Part shown: positions 49,025 to 59,710 of the stretch, in pieces | Numbering within the stretch: the first letter of the stretch is position 1 | Layout: each line of letters opens with the position of its first letter | DNA from: Verrucomicrobiota bacterium | GTDB lineage: Bacteria; Verrucomicrobiota; Verrucomicrobiia; Limisphaerales; UBA11358 | Reading direction: 5' to 3' | DNA length: 64,000 nt | Assembly: GCA_049516255.1 (NCBI GenBank) | Contig: JBEKTH010000011.1 | Location: forward strand, 10,348 to 74,347 | Program-made: the position numbers and the translations under genes | The notes under the pieces: generated by a model | The model's database searches: none | What the model was told of the DNA's origin: nothing | The model's input: the letters and a program-made list of their open reading frames with translations, nothing else

Positions 49025-49240
49025 TCAGGCCGACGGCGGGTTTTTTCTGCCCCGGATGGCGCCCAGCAGCATCAGCACACCAAACACGAGCAGAACGACG
49101 CCCCACCAAAGGTTGATGTCGATTTCCTGCCCATCAATGTTGGTGACGGACGCGGCGCGGTTGACCGCGCCGTAGCCGGTCAGCAGCACGCCGATGAACG
49201 TAAACATGAGGCCGATTGGCCAGCGGATATCGAGTCCCAT
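49025..49240 (-). CDS. Small two-TM membrane protein downstream of the SSS transporter
   Basis: 71 aa with two hydrophobic helices. It is co-oriented and 31 nt downstream of the symporter gene. Confidence 0.5.
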   Translation of the reverse strand: MGLDIRWPIGLMFTFIGVLLTGYGAVNRAASVTNIDGQEIDINLWWGVVLLVFGVLMLLGAIRGRKNPPSA

Positions 49241-49271
49241 AATGGTTTCTCTCAGTTTGAGGTTTTTGGGT

Positions 49272-51266
49272 TCACCAGAAAATAAAGTTCAGAACGACGC
49301 AGGCGGCGAGCAGCACGGTGCCGACGACCGCGGGCCGCTGCCAGACCGGCACGTTGTGGTCCACGATTTTTGGCGTAAGTGAATAGACGAGGCCTTTCAA
49401 CTGCTCGTCGCTCCGGGTGCGCCGGGTGGCGAGCGAAATCACCAGCGTCAACCCGAAACAGACACAGAAGGCAAAGGTGGCCAACCAGAAATTCTGTGCC
49501 ATTTCGCTGGGGAATATACAGCTTTTAGGAACCTCATGGCCAAGGATACGCCAAAGATAGGCACCTTTCACACCCGGCACGTTGCCCATTGCAATCGTCA
49601 GCGCGTGGAAGACCGTTGAGCCGGCGATGCCGCCGAACAGGCCGCAAAAGGCGGCGATGCTGGTGGTGCGTTTCCAGAACATGCCCAGCAGGAACGTCGC
49701 GAACACCGGCGCGTTCACGAAGCCGAACACCAGTTGAATGATGTCCATCGCATTGTTGTATTGCCGGGCGAAGTAAGCGCAGAGGATGCTCAAGCCAATG
49801 CCAACGACCGTGATGAATTTGCCCATCCAGAAATAATGCCCGTCACTTTTATTCGGGACAAAGAAGGCCTGGTAGAGGTTGTAAGTCCAGACGGTGTTGA
49901 AGGCGGTGACATTTCCCGCCATGCCGGACATGAACGAGGCCAGCAGGGCGGTGAGCGCCAGGCCCAGCAGGCCGGCCGGACAATACTTTTTCACGAGCGA
50001 GAAGATGACGCTGTCGTAGTCGTAAGCGGCCACAGCGTTGTAAACGCCCTCCTTGATTTGATCATCGGAAAGTTTCGTCGTGGCGTTGGCGGCGATGAGC
50101 GCGGTGATTTTGTCCGCATTCACTTTTTGTCCGAGCGCGTCGCCGACGTCCTTGATTTCGGCGGCGGGATTCGGCTGATTGGTGTTTTTGATGACGTCCA
50201 CGGCCCTGGCATAATTCTCCGGCGCGATGATGGGCGGCGGGATGCGGTAGTTTTTATCCGGCATCGCCGTCAAAGCCACCGCCAGCATGCCCGGCAGGAT
50301 GACCAGCGCGGGAAAGAGCATCTTTGGAAGGGCGGCGACGATGGGGGTGTTGCGCGCGGCGGTCATGTTTTTGGCGGCCATGGCGCGCTGGACGACAAGG
50401 AAGTTGGTGCACCAGTATCCGAACGAAAGGACGAAACCGAGACCGAAGACGATGGCAAATACGTTCACGCCCATCGGATTGGCGTCATATCCTCCCAGGA
50501 GCGGCTTCCACGCGCTCGTCCAGGCGTCCGGCGCGAACGCCCTGGTGTTCAAATCCAGTGCCATTGGATTTTGAGCGACGGCGTGGAGTTTGTCGGTCAT
50601 CGCGGTCCAGCCGCCGACGTCTTTCAAGGCGAGATAAACCACGGGCGCGAAACCGAGCACGATCATGAAGAATTGCAGCACCTCGGTGTAAATGGCCGAG
50701 GTCAATCCGCCTTTTAAAACGTAAATCAGCACGACGCCGGAGCAAATCCACAAATAAACATCATAGCTGACAAGGTGGGCAAAACCTAAATTCAAACTAA
50801 GTTGCCAGGGTAACAAATTGGCCAGCATTTTCGCCAGCGCGTTCATGGAAATGCCGGAGGCGAACACCGTCATGACGGCGAAGCCAATGGCGTTCAATCC
50901 CATCACCGGTTTATTAAACCGCATCTGCAGATACTCCGGCACGGACCGCGCCTTGGAGCCGTAGTAAAACGGCATCATAAACACGGCGAGGAAAATCATC
51001 GCGGGGATGGCCCCGACCCAGTAGAAGTGCGCGGTGGCAATGCCATATTTCGCGCCGCTGGCGGCCATGCCGACCAGTTCCAGCGCTCCGAGGTTGGCGG
51101 AAATGAACGCCAGGCCGGTCACCCACGTCGGAATCGAGCGCGCGGACGTGAGAAAGTCCGACGAGGTTTTCATGTAGCGTGCCAGCGCCCAACCAATTCC
51201 CAAAACGAACGCGACATAGGCGATGAGAATGGTGTAATCAACCCAAGCGAGATGAATTGGTTGCAT
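49272..51266 (-). CDS. Sodium:solute symporter family transporter (SGLT-like, probably a sugar substrate)
   Basis: 664 aa and polytopic, SSS-like (GAxELVGMAASG...). It lies between galK and galM. Confidence 0.85.
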   Translation of the reverse strand: MQPIHLAWVDYTILIAYVAFVLGIGWALARYMKTSSDFLTSARSIPTWVTGLAFISANLGALELVGMAASGAKYGIATAHFYWVGAIPAMIFLAVFMMPFYYGSKARSVPEYLQMRFNKPVMGLNAIGFAVMTVFASGISMNALAKMLANLLPWQLSLNLGFAHLVSYDVYLWICSGVVLIYVLKGGLTSAIYTEVLQFFMIVLGFAPVVYLALKDVGGWTAMTDKLHAVAQNPMALDLNTRAFAPDAWTSAWKPLLGGYDANPMGVNVFAIVFGLGFVLSFGYWCTNFLVVQRAMAAKNMTAARNTPIVAALPKMLFPALVILPGMLAVALTAMPDKNYRIPPPIIAPENYARAVDVIKNTNQPNPAAEIKDVGDALGQKVNADKITALIAANATTKLSDDQIKEGVYNAVAAYDYDSVIFSLVKKYCPAGLLGLALTALLASFMSGMAGNVTAFNTVWTYNLYQAFFVPNKSDGHYFWMGKFITVVGIGLSILCAYFARQYNNAMDIIQLVFGFVNAPVFATFLLGMFWKRTTSIAAFCGLFGGIAGSTVFHALTIAMGNVPGVKGAYLWRILGHEVPKSCIFPSEMAQNFWLATFAFCVCFGLTLVISLATRRTRSDEQLKGLVYSLTPKIVDHNVPVWQRPAVVGTVLLAACVVLNFIFW

Positions 51267-51396
51267 AAGGATTGGCGGACGATTTATGCGATTTCATGAG
51301 TGATGTCAACCGATAACCTTTCGTCAGGTGAATTATTTTAAATGGAATTTTAGTGGAAACTGGACTGGGCGCGCGGCGCCTTGTAGACTACCACCG

Positions 51397-52473
51397 ATGT
51401 CTCATTTACATGACTCAACGGGTTCGATTACCAGTACACATTTTGGCAGTGCGTCCGACGGCCGGGCGGTGGAGATTTACACGCTCCGGAACGGCCACGG
51501 CATGGAAGCGCGGATCGCGACTTACGGCGGCATCGTGGTGTCCCTGACCGCGCCCGACCGCGACGGTAAATTCGCCGACGTGGTGCTGGGCTTTGACCGG
51601 CTGGAGGATTACCTGAAATTCTCGCCTTATTTCGGCGCCATTGTGGGGCGTTACGCGAACCGGATCAGTGGCGCGAAATTCACGTTGGCGGGCCGGACCT
51701 ACACGCTCGCCCAAAACAGCGGACCGCATTCCCTCCACGGCGGAATCAAGGGATTCGACAAGGTCATCTGGACCGCCCGAACCCTGAAATCGGCGAAGGG
51801 GCCCGCGCTCGAGCTCACTTATTTCAGCCGGGATGGCGAGGAGGGTTACCCCGGCAACCTCACGGTGAAGGCCGTTTATTCCCTCACGAATGAAAACGGG
51901 CTGCGGATCGATTTCAGTGCGACGACCGATGCGACGACCATTTGCAGCCTCACGCACCATTCCTATTTTAATCTGGCCGGCCAGGGTGACGTGCTGAATC
52001 ACGAGGTTTGCATCAACGCGAGCCATTTTACGCCCATCGATGCCGCGCTCATTCCGACCGGCGAAATAAGGCCGGTGGCCGGCACGCCCTTTGACTTTCG
52101 CAAATCCACGGCCATTGGCGCGCGCATCCAGGCGGACGACCCGCAACTCAAGCTGGCCGGCGGCTACGACCAGAACTTTGTCATCGACAACCCGCCCGGC
52201 CAGCTCGGCCGGCACGCCCGGGTTTTTGAACCGACGACCGGTCGCGTCATGGAAGTGCTGAGCACGGAGCCGGGATTGCAGTTCTACACGTCCAACCATT
52301 TCGATGGCTCCACCCTGGGCAAGCAGGGGGCGGTGTATCAACGGTACGCGGCGCTCTGTCTGGAACCGCATCATTTTCCCGATTCGCCCAACAAGCCGAA
52401 CTTTCCATCAGTGGTTTTGTCGCCGGGCCAGGTTTATCGCAACACCATCATTTACCAGTTTTCCGCCGGATAG
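51397..52473 (+). CDS. galM: Aldose 1-epimerase (galactose mutarotase)
   Basis: 358 aa from the ATG at 51397. GRYANRI, LHGG, THHSYFNL and FCLEPQ-like (LCLEPHHFPDS) motifs. Confidence 0.92.
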   Translation: MSHLHDSTGSITSTHFGSASDGRAVEIYTLRNGHGMEARIATYGGIVVSLTAPDRDGKFADVVLGFDRLEDYLKFSPYFGAIVGRYANRISGAKFTLAGRTYTLAQNSGPHSLHGGIKGFDKVIWTARTLKSAKGPALELTYFSRDGEEGYPGNLTVKAVYSLTNENGLRIDFSATTDATTICSLTHHSYFNLAGQGDVLNHEVCINASHFTPIDAALIPTGEIRPVAGTPFDFRKSTAIGARIQADDPQLKLAGGYDQNFVIDNPPGQLGRHARVFEPTTGRVMEVLSTEPGLQFYTSNHFDGSTLGKQGAVYQRYAALCLEPHHFPDSPNKPNFPSVVLSPGQVYRNTIIYQFSAG

Positions 52474-53445
52474 GATGGTCGGGGATTGCGGGTGCTGCCG
52501 CGAAAGGCGCGGGGACAGCGGATATTTTTGGAGCCGGGTCAGGGCCTTGAGAAAGCGCTGGTCATAAGCGGCCGGACTGCCCCGTTGCCGGCGATATTCG
52601 GAAGGGGTGGTGCCCGCCAGTTTTTGAAACACGCGGGAAAAGTACTGGCTGGAGCCAAAACCCGAATCGAAGGCGATTTCGGTGATGGGCTGGCTGCCGC
52701 TTTTGAGGAGCTGCTGGGCCTGTCGGACCCGGAACCGGTTCAACAAAAGCAAGGGACTGTCTCCAGTGAGTTCCTTGGTGAGGGTTTCGAACCGGGTGCG
52801 CTTGAGCCGGCACGCCGCGGCCATGCTGTTCAGGCTCCACGGTCTGGAACAATTCAAGCGCAGGTCGTCCACGAACCGGAGCACCTGCCGTTCGCTGGGA
52901 GAAATATCATGGTTCCGGTTCCGCTGGGAATGAACGGCTCCGACCAGCTCGCATAATGCCATCCTGGACAAGGCGATCACATGGGCCCGGGCCATGATTC
53001 CCGGGCGGGCCAGTTCCCGCACCAGCCGGACAATGGTCCAGCCCAGGTCCCGGCCGGCGGCAAAGCACCGGGTGCGGGCGGACAACAGTTTGCGGAAAAT
53101 CTGGTCCTGTTCCGCTTCGGAAAGGCCGAACCCCGGGACCAGCCTCAACGGCTTCGAACCCGTTTTCCATCCACCCTCCAGGCGAAAGACGGCGAAATGA
53201 AAAAAATGCCCCGGTTCAAAATCCACACAACTCCCGTGCTTTTCCCAGGGAAACGTGAAAAAAACCGAGTGCGGCGGAACCAGAAACGGGCGCCCTTCAA
53301 TTTCCCAATGGAGATGTCCCTCGGCAATGTAGTGCAGTTCGAACCCGCCGTTTTGATGCGTGGGCAGCCGCGCGATGCTGCCGCTGCCGAATTCCTCGAA
53401 CAAATCGAAAAACCGGCGTGGTTTGCGGGGCAATCGGCGGATCAT
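52408..53445 (-). CDS. AraC family transcriptional regulator
   Basis: 345 aa. Cupin-like N-terminus and a C-terminal dual HTH (IAFDSGFGSSQYFSRVFQKLAGTTPSEYRRQ). A tail of about 60 aa overlaps the galM 3' end. Confidence 0.85.
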   Translation of the reverse strand: MIRRLPRKPRRFFDLFEEFGSGSIARLPTHQNGGFELHYIAEGHLHWEIEGRPFLVPPHSVFFTFPWEKHGSCVDFEPGHFFHFAVFRLEGGWKTGSKPLRLVPGFGLSEAEQDQIFRKLLSARTRCFAAGRDLGWTIVRLVRELARPGIMARAHVIALSRMALCELVGAVHSQRNRNHDISPSERQVLRFVDDLRLNCSRPWSLNSMAAACRLKRTRFETLTKELTGDSPLLLLNRFRVRQAQQLLKSGSQPITEIAFDSGFGSSQYFSRVFQKLAGTTPSEYRRQRGSPAAYDQRFLKALTRLQKYPLSPRLSRQHPQSPTILSGGKLVNDGVAINLARRQNH

Positions 53446-53574
53446 GCCTGCATTTAACCGGTGTAAAATTCCGGTGTCAATCCTTGTGTATTTTTTACCA
53501 CCGGGAATATGGGCAAGCCATTTCCTGCCCGGCTGGTTAGATTGATTAAAACCATCGAAACTGAATATAAGAGC

Positions 53575-54609
53575 ATGAACAAAATCATCATTTCACCCAA
53601 AAAGGGAAAACAGGGGATCGGCGCGGGCGTTTGGAATCTGGGCCCGGGGCGCGATCCGTTCGGCGGCCCCACCCGCGAGGAAATCCCCGTCCTGGATCGC
53701 ATCCCACTGCTGGCGAAGGCCGGCATCACCTATGTCGAGGCGCATGACGTGGAAATTCCCTTGCGCGATGTTCCCAAGGCCAGAAAACTTCTGAAACAAT
53801 ACGGCCTGAGAATGGGCATGTACACGCCGTCGTTTTTTGCTGATCCGGTTTTCAAGGATGGGGCGATGACCAGCAACGACAGCCATGTCCGCCGGCAGGC
53901 ATTGCGCAACGCCCTGCTGGCGGTGGACGCCACCGTGGAACTGGGCGCCGAGGTGATGGTTTTCTGGAACGGCCGCGAAGGGTTTGATTTTGTGCTCGCC
54001 AAGAACGGGCGCGATGCCTTCCGCCGGCTGATCGACGGTTTCAACGCCGTGGGCGAGTACGCGAAGCAGAAATACGGGAAAAAGTCCCCGGTGTTTGCCC
54101 TGGAGCCAAAGCCGAACGAACCACGCGCCAACATGTATCTGGGCAACGTGGGTGAGGTGCTTTATTTGATCAGCCGTCTGGACCCCGCCTTCCAGCCATT
54201 GTTTGGCGTCAATCCCGAAACGGCGCACAGCCGGATGGCCGGCCTGGATTATGTCTGGGACGTGGAGCTTTGCCTGGAAGCCGGGAAGCTGTTCCACATC
54301 CATTTGAATTCGCAGGACACCACCCGTTACGACCAGGACATGCCGTTCGGTTACATGGAGCCCTTGAAGGACCTGGCCCTGTGCGTGGTGCTGCAGGACG
54401 CGAAATGGGAGGGCATCCTCGCGTTTGATGTCAAGGCCCCGCGCACCGACCGGCAGGAGGACATCGCCGACATCCTGCACACCAGCGCCGCCAACCTGCA
54501 ACGGCTCTGGGCCAGGGCGCTCAAGGTGGACCGGCGGAAGGTCGCCGAATTTCGTTCGACGCAGCAATACACGGCCCTGGGCGGGTATCTGGCCAAATGC
54601 CTGTACTGA
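53575..54609 (+). CDS. xylA: Xylose isomerase, class I (actinomycete-type short form)
   Basis: 344 aa from the ATG at 53575. FADPVFKDGAMTSND, WNGREG, LEPKPNEPR, GVNPETAHSRMAGL and FHIHLN blocks parallel those of Streptomyces-type XylA. Confidence 0.8.
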   Translation: MNKIIISPKKGKQGIGAGVWNLGPGRDPFGGPTREEIPVLDRIPLLAKAGITYVEAHDVEIPLRDVPKARKLLKQYGLRMGMYTPSFFADPVFKDGAMTSNDSHVRRQALRNALLAVDATVELGAEVMVFWNGREGFDFVLAKNGRDAFRRLIDGFNAVGEYAKQKYGKKSPVFALEPKPNEPRANMYLGNVGEVLYLISRLDPAFQPLFGVNPETAHSRMAGLDYVWDVELCLEAGKLFHIHLNSQDTTRYDQDMPFGYMEPLKDLALCVVLQDAKWEGILAFDVKAPRTDRQEDIADILHTSAANLQRLWARALKVDRRKVAEFRSTQQYTALGGYLAKCLY

Positions 54610-54757
54610 CCTTTATTTGACGAGATCAACCGGATTGCAGAATACCGTGCCGGTGTCGCCAGTTTATCGTTAAAAAACAAATTTGACCGACGCGCATGCC
54701 GTTGCACAATTCCGGGATGCATCCATGGGTCCCTGAACGGAAATCAACACACATTTT

Positions 54758-56194
54758 ATGTCACGAACACTAAACCGCTACGTCGTTCTACTCACCCTCA
54801 TCGCCACCCTCGGGGGTTTGCTTTTTGGCTATGACACCGCCGTCATCTCGGGAGCGGTGGGCAGTCTGAAGGCATATTTTATTGATCCCCGGAATCTGAC
54901 TGACCCCAATGCCGCCAACTCGCTGTGGGGCATCGTCAATTCCAGCGCGCTCATCGGCTGCATCATTGGCGGCATCATCGGCGGCTGGGTCAGCACCCGC
55001 ATCGGCCGCAAACGCGGATTGATCGTTGCCGCGGTTTTGTTTCTGGTTTCCGCGCTCGGGGCCGCCGCGCCGGAATTTCCCTTCGCCCCCATCGGCCACG
55101 GCGGACCGGGATACATGTGGAATTTTGTGTTTTACCGCATCCTCAGCGGCATCGGGGTGGGGCTGGCTTCCATGCTGTCACCCATGTACATCGCGGAAAT
55201 CGCGCCGGCGAAGATCCGCGGCAATCTGGTGGCCTGGAACCAGTTTGCCATCATCTTCGGCATGCTGGTGATTTATTTTGTCAACTATGGCATTTCCCGG
55301 GCGGGCAGCGGCGATGTCTGGCTTAATACCATAGGCTGGCGTTACATGTTCCTGTCCGGCGCCATCCCCTCGGTGGCGTTCCTGCTCCTGCTGTTTTTCG
55401 TTCCGGAGACGCCGCGTTACCTGATGTTGAAAGGTAACGAGGCCGGTGCGCGCGCAGTGCTGGCCCGATTGACGACGGCGGAGGAGGGCGAACAGGAAAT
55501 CGCCGACATCCGTGCTTCCCTGGCCGAACATCATTCCGGCCGCCTGTTTTCCTTCGGCGTAATGCTCATCTTCATCGGCATCATGCTGTCGGTCTTCCAG
55601 CAGTTCGTCGGCATCAACGTCGTCCTCTATTATGCCCCGGAAATTTTCAAGAACGTGGGTTTTGACACCAATGCCTCGCTGTTCCAGACCATCATCGTCG
55701 GCGCGGTCAACCTGATCTTCACCGTGGTGGCCATTGTTACCGTGGATAAACTGGGCCGCAAACCCCTGCAAATCATCGGCGCGCTCGTCATGGCGGTGGC
55801 CATGTTTGCCCTGGGCGGCGCTTTCGCCCTCCAAATCAAGGGTGTGATGGCCCTCCTTTGCATGTTGCTCTACATCGCCGGTTTCGCGGTGTCCTGGGGC
55901 CCGGTGGTTTGGGTCCTGTTAAGCGAGATTTTCCCCAACCAGGTCCGCGGCAAGGCCATGGCCGTGGCGGTGGCCGCCCAATGGATCGCCAATTTCCTCG
56001 TCAGTTGGACCTTCCCGGTTCTCAACGACAATCCTTATCTGTTGAACGCCTTCCATCATGGGTTCGCCTACTGGATCTATGGCGTGATGAGCTTCCTCGC
56101 GGCCCTGTTCATGTGGAAATGGGTCCCGGAAACCAAGGGACGCACGTTGGAACAAATGGAAGCACTCTGGCTGACACATGAAAAAAAACACTGA
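54758..56194 (+). CDS. MFS sugar porter (XylE/GalP-like sugar:H+ symporter)
   Basis: 478 aa. GYDTAVISGA, GRKRGL, PMYIAEIAPAKIRG and PETKGRTLEQME signatures. Confidence 0.9.
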   Translation: MSRTLNRYVVLLTLIATLGGLLFGYDTAVISGAVGSLKAYFIDPRNLTDPNAANSLWGIVNSSALIGCIIGGIIGGWVSTRIGRKRGLIVAAVLFLVSALGAAAPEFPFAPIGHGGPGYMWNFVFYRILSGIGVGLASMLSPMYIAEIAPAKIRGNLVAWNQFAIIFGMLVIYFVNYGISRAGSGDVWLNTIGWRYMFLSGAIPSVAFLLLLFFVPETPRYLMLKGNEAGARAVLARLTTAEEGEQEIADIRASLAEHHSGRLFSFGVMLIFIGIMLSVFQQFVGINVVLYYAPEIFKNVGFDTNASLFQTIIVGAVNLIFTVVAIVTVDKLGRKPLQIIGALVMAVAMFALGGAFALQIKGVMALLCMLLYIAGFAVSWGPVVWVLLSEIFPNQVRGKAMAVAVAAQWIANFLVSWTFPVLNDNPYLLNAFHHGFAYWIYGVMSFLAALFMWKWVPETKGRTLEQMEALWLTHEKKH

Positions 56195-56272
56195 GCCGGA
56201 TTGGGTTTGTCACTGGCCGACAACCGGAATCGTAATTGACAGTCATTTCATTCAAACAGTATTCAATTTCTA

Positions 56273-59107
56273 ATGTCCGCCATTCACCGGTATCGCTCTA
56301 TGCACGCAAAATATCTTTCTTTCCTCACCGCGATTGTCATCGCGGTCTCATGGTCGGCCGGCGCGGCCCCGAAACCGCCGGAAAAAGTCGCGGACGGCAT
56401 CGTTGTTCCCGTCAATGACACTTTTCTGAAAGTACAGGTTTATGCCGGCAACGTGGTGCGCATCGCGTGCGCGAGGGACCGTGCGTTCTTCGATCGCCAG
56501 AGCGTGGTCACGGAACCGAAGCGCGCCGTCAAAACCGACTGGTCGCTGAGGACCGAAAATGGCGAGGCCATCCTCTCCACGGCGAGGCTCCAGGTCCACG
56601 TGAACCTTACCAACGGCGCGGTTTCATTTTTCGATGCCGGTGGCAAATCCATTCTGGCCGAAACACCCGATGGCCGGATGATCACGCCCGCCGAGGTACA
56701 GGGCGAGCAGACGTTCCATGTCCGCCAGGAATGGGAACCGAACGCCGACGAGTCGTTGTACGGTCTGGGCCAGCGGCAGATCGGCATCCTGGACATCAAG
56801 GGCTACGACCTGGATTTGTGGCAGCACAACACGCACGTGGTGGTGCCATTGCTGGTTTCCAGCCGCGGTTACGGTGCGCTGTGGGACAATCTTTCTTACA
56901 CACGCTTTGGCGACCTGCGTGAATTTGAACCCATTCCGCCGGATTGCCTCCTGGATGATTCCAATCAGCCCGGCGGCCTCACGACCGGCACGTTCACGCC
57001 GGACCAGCCCGGCCAGTTGGAAAATGAGCATGCCACCAACGAAATTGCCTTCGCGTCCTCCGGTCACGAAGATGGTGGCTCACGCGGCTGGAATCGCTGG
57101 GAAGGTGAACTCGTCCCACCTGTCAACGGCGATTATCAACTGAAAACCTACTCCAACGGCCACATCAAGGTCTGGCTGGATGGCAAGCTGGTCATTGACC
57201 ATTGGCGGCAAGGCTGGTTGACGGCCGAAGATCAAATCAAGGTTCATCTCGAAGCCGGACGTCATTATCCCATCCGGATCGAGTCCGGCGGCGACCAGCG
57301 GTCCACCATGGAACTGACCTGGAAAACCCCCGACCCCGACGAGAATACTTCCCTGTGGTCCGAGGTGGGTGGCGGGGTGGATTATTACTTCATATACGGT
57401 CCGGCGCTCGACCAGGTTGTCGCCGGTTTCCGCAGTCTTACGGGCCAGGCGCCGATGATGCCGGAGTGGGCGTTTGGCTTGTGGCAGTCGCGGCAGCGTT
57501 ATGAAACCGCGCAACAAAGCCTCGACGTGGTCAAAGAATATCGCCGCCGGGCCATTCCCTTCGACGACATCGTGCAGGACTGGCAATACTGGACGCCCGA
57601 CAAGTGGGGTTCCCACGAGTTCGATCCCCGTCGCTTTCCCGATCCGGATGGCTGGCTCAACGAGTTGCATGCGCTGCACGCGCACGTCATGATTTCCGTT
57701 TGGGGCAAATTCTACACGGGCACGGGCAATTTTGACGCCATGCAAAAGGCCGGCTTCCTGTATCAGCCCAACCTGAAGGAGGGAATCGCCGATTGGATCG
57801 GCTATCCCTACACCTTTTACGACGCGTTCAATCCCGGTGCCCGCCAGTTGTTCTGGTCGCAAATCAATACCGCACTGTTCAGCAAGGGTATTGACGCCTG
57901 GTGGATGGATGCCAGCGAGCCCGACTTGACGCCGTCGCCGCCGACGCTGGAAGGGCAGCTCACCCACATGAATCCGACGGCAATGGGACCGGCGTCAAAG
58001 GTGTTGAATGGTTATCCGCTGATGAACAGCATGACGATTTATGAAGGGCAACGCAGCGTGAAGCCCGACCAGCGCGTGTTCATCCTCACGCGTTCCGGTT
58101 TTGCCGGCAGTCAGCGTTACGCCGCCGCCACCTGGTCCGGTGACGTCACCGCCACCTGGACCGCCCTGCGCAAACAAATCCCCGCCGGCCTGGGCTTCTG
58201 TCTTTCCGGCATCCCGTATTGGACGAGCGACAGCGGCGGTTACACGATGGAGTCACGCTTCTCGGCGGAGAACCCGAAGCCGGCCGATTTTCAGGAGTGG
58301 TGCGAATTGAACGCGCGCTGGTTCGAGTTTGCCACGTTCTGTCCATTGACGCGCCTGCACGGCGAATTGAAGCCGCGCGAGCCGTGGACTTTTGGCGGCG
58401 ATTCCGGTCCGGCCTATCAAACCATCGTCAAGTTCGACCAGTTGCGCTACCGGCTGTTGCCTTACATTTATTCACTCGCCGGGGAGGTGACGTTCGATGC
58501 CGGCACGATGATGCGGCCGCTGGTCATGGATTTTCCTGACGATGTGAATGCGCGGGACATCACCGATGAATACCTGTTCGGCCCGGCATTGCTCGTGGCG
58601 CCGGTCACCACCTACGAGGCGCGCAGTCGCAGTGTTTATCTGCCAACCACCCCGGGCGGCTGGTACGATTTCTGGACGGGCGCCGGCACACCGGGTGGCC
58701 AAACCATTGACTCGCCTGCGCCTTACGACGCCATTCCCCTTTACGTGCGGGCCGGGTCGATTATCCCGGCCGGGCCGGAAATCCAATACACGGGCGAGAA
58801 ACCCGCCGACCCGGTCACGCTCCACGTTTATGCAGGCGCGGATGGCAGGTTCGCGCTTTACGAGGATGACGGTCTGACTTACAACTACGAACACGGTGCG
58901 TTCACCCGGATTCCCATTCTTTGGGATGAAGCCAGACGCACGCTGACCATCGGCAAACGTGAGGGCTCGTTCAAAGGAATGTTGAAGGAACGCACCTTCA
59001 ACGTGGTGCTCGTCACCCCGGACAAGCCAGCCGGATTTTTGTCCATGCCCGCCCCGGAACAGACCGTGAAATACAACGGCAAACTGCTGCGCCTCAAACT
59101 CGATTAA
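56273..59107 (+). CDS. GH31 glycosidase with an inserted PA14-like domain (alpha-xylosidase-like)
   Basis: 944 aa, secreted. GH31 blocks are GIDAWWMDASEP and ...WSGDV... The inserted segment GDYQLKTYSNGHIKVWLDGKLVIDHW resembles PA14. An alternative start is at 56300. Confidence 0.85.
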   Translation: MSAIHRYRSMHAKYLSFLTAIVIAVSWSAGAAPKPPEKVADGIVVPVNDTFLKVQVYAGNVVRIACARDRAFFDRQSVVTEPKRAVKTDWSLRTENGEAILSTARLQVHVNLTNGAVSFFDAGGKSILAETPDGRMITPAEVQGEQTFHVRQEWEPNADESLYGLGQRQIGILDIKGYDLDLWQHNTHVVVPLLVSSRGYGALWDNLSYTRFGDLREFEPIPPDCLLDDSNQPGGLTTGTFTPDQPGQLENEHATNEIAFASSGHEDGGSRGWNRWEGELVPPVNGDYQLKTYSNGHIKVWLDGKLVIDHWRQGWLTAEDQIKVHLEAGRHYPIRIESGGDQRSTMELTWKTPDPDENTSLWSEVGGGVDYYFIYGPALDQVVAGFRSLTGQAPMMPEWAFGLWQSRQRYETAQQSLDVVKEYRRRAIPFDDIVQDWQYWTPDKWGSHEFDPRRFPDPDGWLNELHALHAHVMISVWGKFYTGTGNFDAMQKAGFLYQPNLKEGIADWIGYPYTFYDAFNPGARQLFWSQINTALFSKGIDAWWMDASEPDLTPSPPTLEGQLTHMNPTAMGPASKVLNGYPLMNSMTIYEGQRSVKPDQRVFILTRSGFAGSQRYAAATWSGDVTATWTALRKQIPAGLGFCLSGIPYWTSDSGGYTMESRFSAENPKPADFQEWCELNARWFEFATFCPLTRLHGELKPREPWTFGGDSGPAYQTIVKFDQLRYRLLPYIYSLAGEVTFDAGTMMRPLVMDFPDDVNARDITDEYLFGPALLVAPVTTYEARSRSVYLPTTPGGWYDFWTGAGTPGGQTIDSPAPYDAIPLYVRAGSIIPAGPEIQYTGEKPADPVTLHVYAGADGRFALYEDDGLTYNYEHGAFTRIPILWDEARRTLTIGKREGSFKGMLKERTFNVVLVTPDKPAGFLSMPAPEQTVKYNGKLLRLKLD

Positions 59108-59259
59108 ACGGCCACACAACCAGGATGGGCGGATGACCACGAAATTCGATTTCCGGCCTCGGTATGTCTTTAATTCCCTGGCGGCGCTCGGGACGGCAAC
59201 CCGTTTTTCCCTTCGGATTTGGCCTGACTTATTGAAGCATTTGTGCTAGACTCATTGCC

Positions 59260-59676
59260 ATGACGACTCAAACCGTGGAAAACACGATTATCGAAAAGAC
59301 CAAGGCGCTGTGTCAGGCCATCGTGGACCAGCCTGAAATGTCATCCATCCGGCAGCGCATCAGCAGTTTCATGTCCGACACCGCCGCCCGTGGCCAGTAC
59401 GAAGCCGTAATGAGCAAAGGCCAGGCGCTTCAGGAAAAACAATCTCAAGGACAGCAACTGGCGGACACCGAGATTGCCGATTTTGAACAACACCGTGACG
59501 CGCTGTTGAACAATCCCGTCGGCCGCGGTTTTCTCGACGCGCGCGAGGAACTTCAAGAAATCCAGCATTCCATCCAGAAATACGTCTCCAAAACGCTGGA
59601 ACTCGGCCGCGTTCCCACCGAGGAGGACATGGAAGACCATGCCTGCGGCGAGGGCGGCTGCGGCTGCCACCACTGA
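59260..59676 (+). CDS. YlbF/YmcA-like helical protein with a Cys/His-rich C-terminus
   Basis: 138 aa. The helical, Q/E-rich body resembles the YlbF family. The tail is HACGEGGCGCHH. Confidence 0.55.
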   Translation: MTTQTVENTIIEKTKALCQAIVDQPEMSSIRQRISSFMSDTAARGQYEAVMSKGQALQEKQSQGQQLADTEIADFEQHRDALLNNPVGRGFLDAREELQEIQHSIQKYVSKTLELGRVPTEEDMEDHACGEGGCGCHH

Positions 59677-59710
59677 GATTTTCTGAAGGACAGCCGGTTC
59701 GGCTTTGACT

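Noticed and set aside
52408-52473. 66-nt convergent overlap of the AraC regulator tail with the galM 3' end, considered as possible antisense regulation.
   Set aside because: The AraC HTH ends about 60 aa before the stop. The tail is most simply run-on through a stop-poor antisense frame. There is no independent evidence of function.
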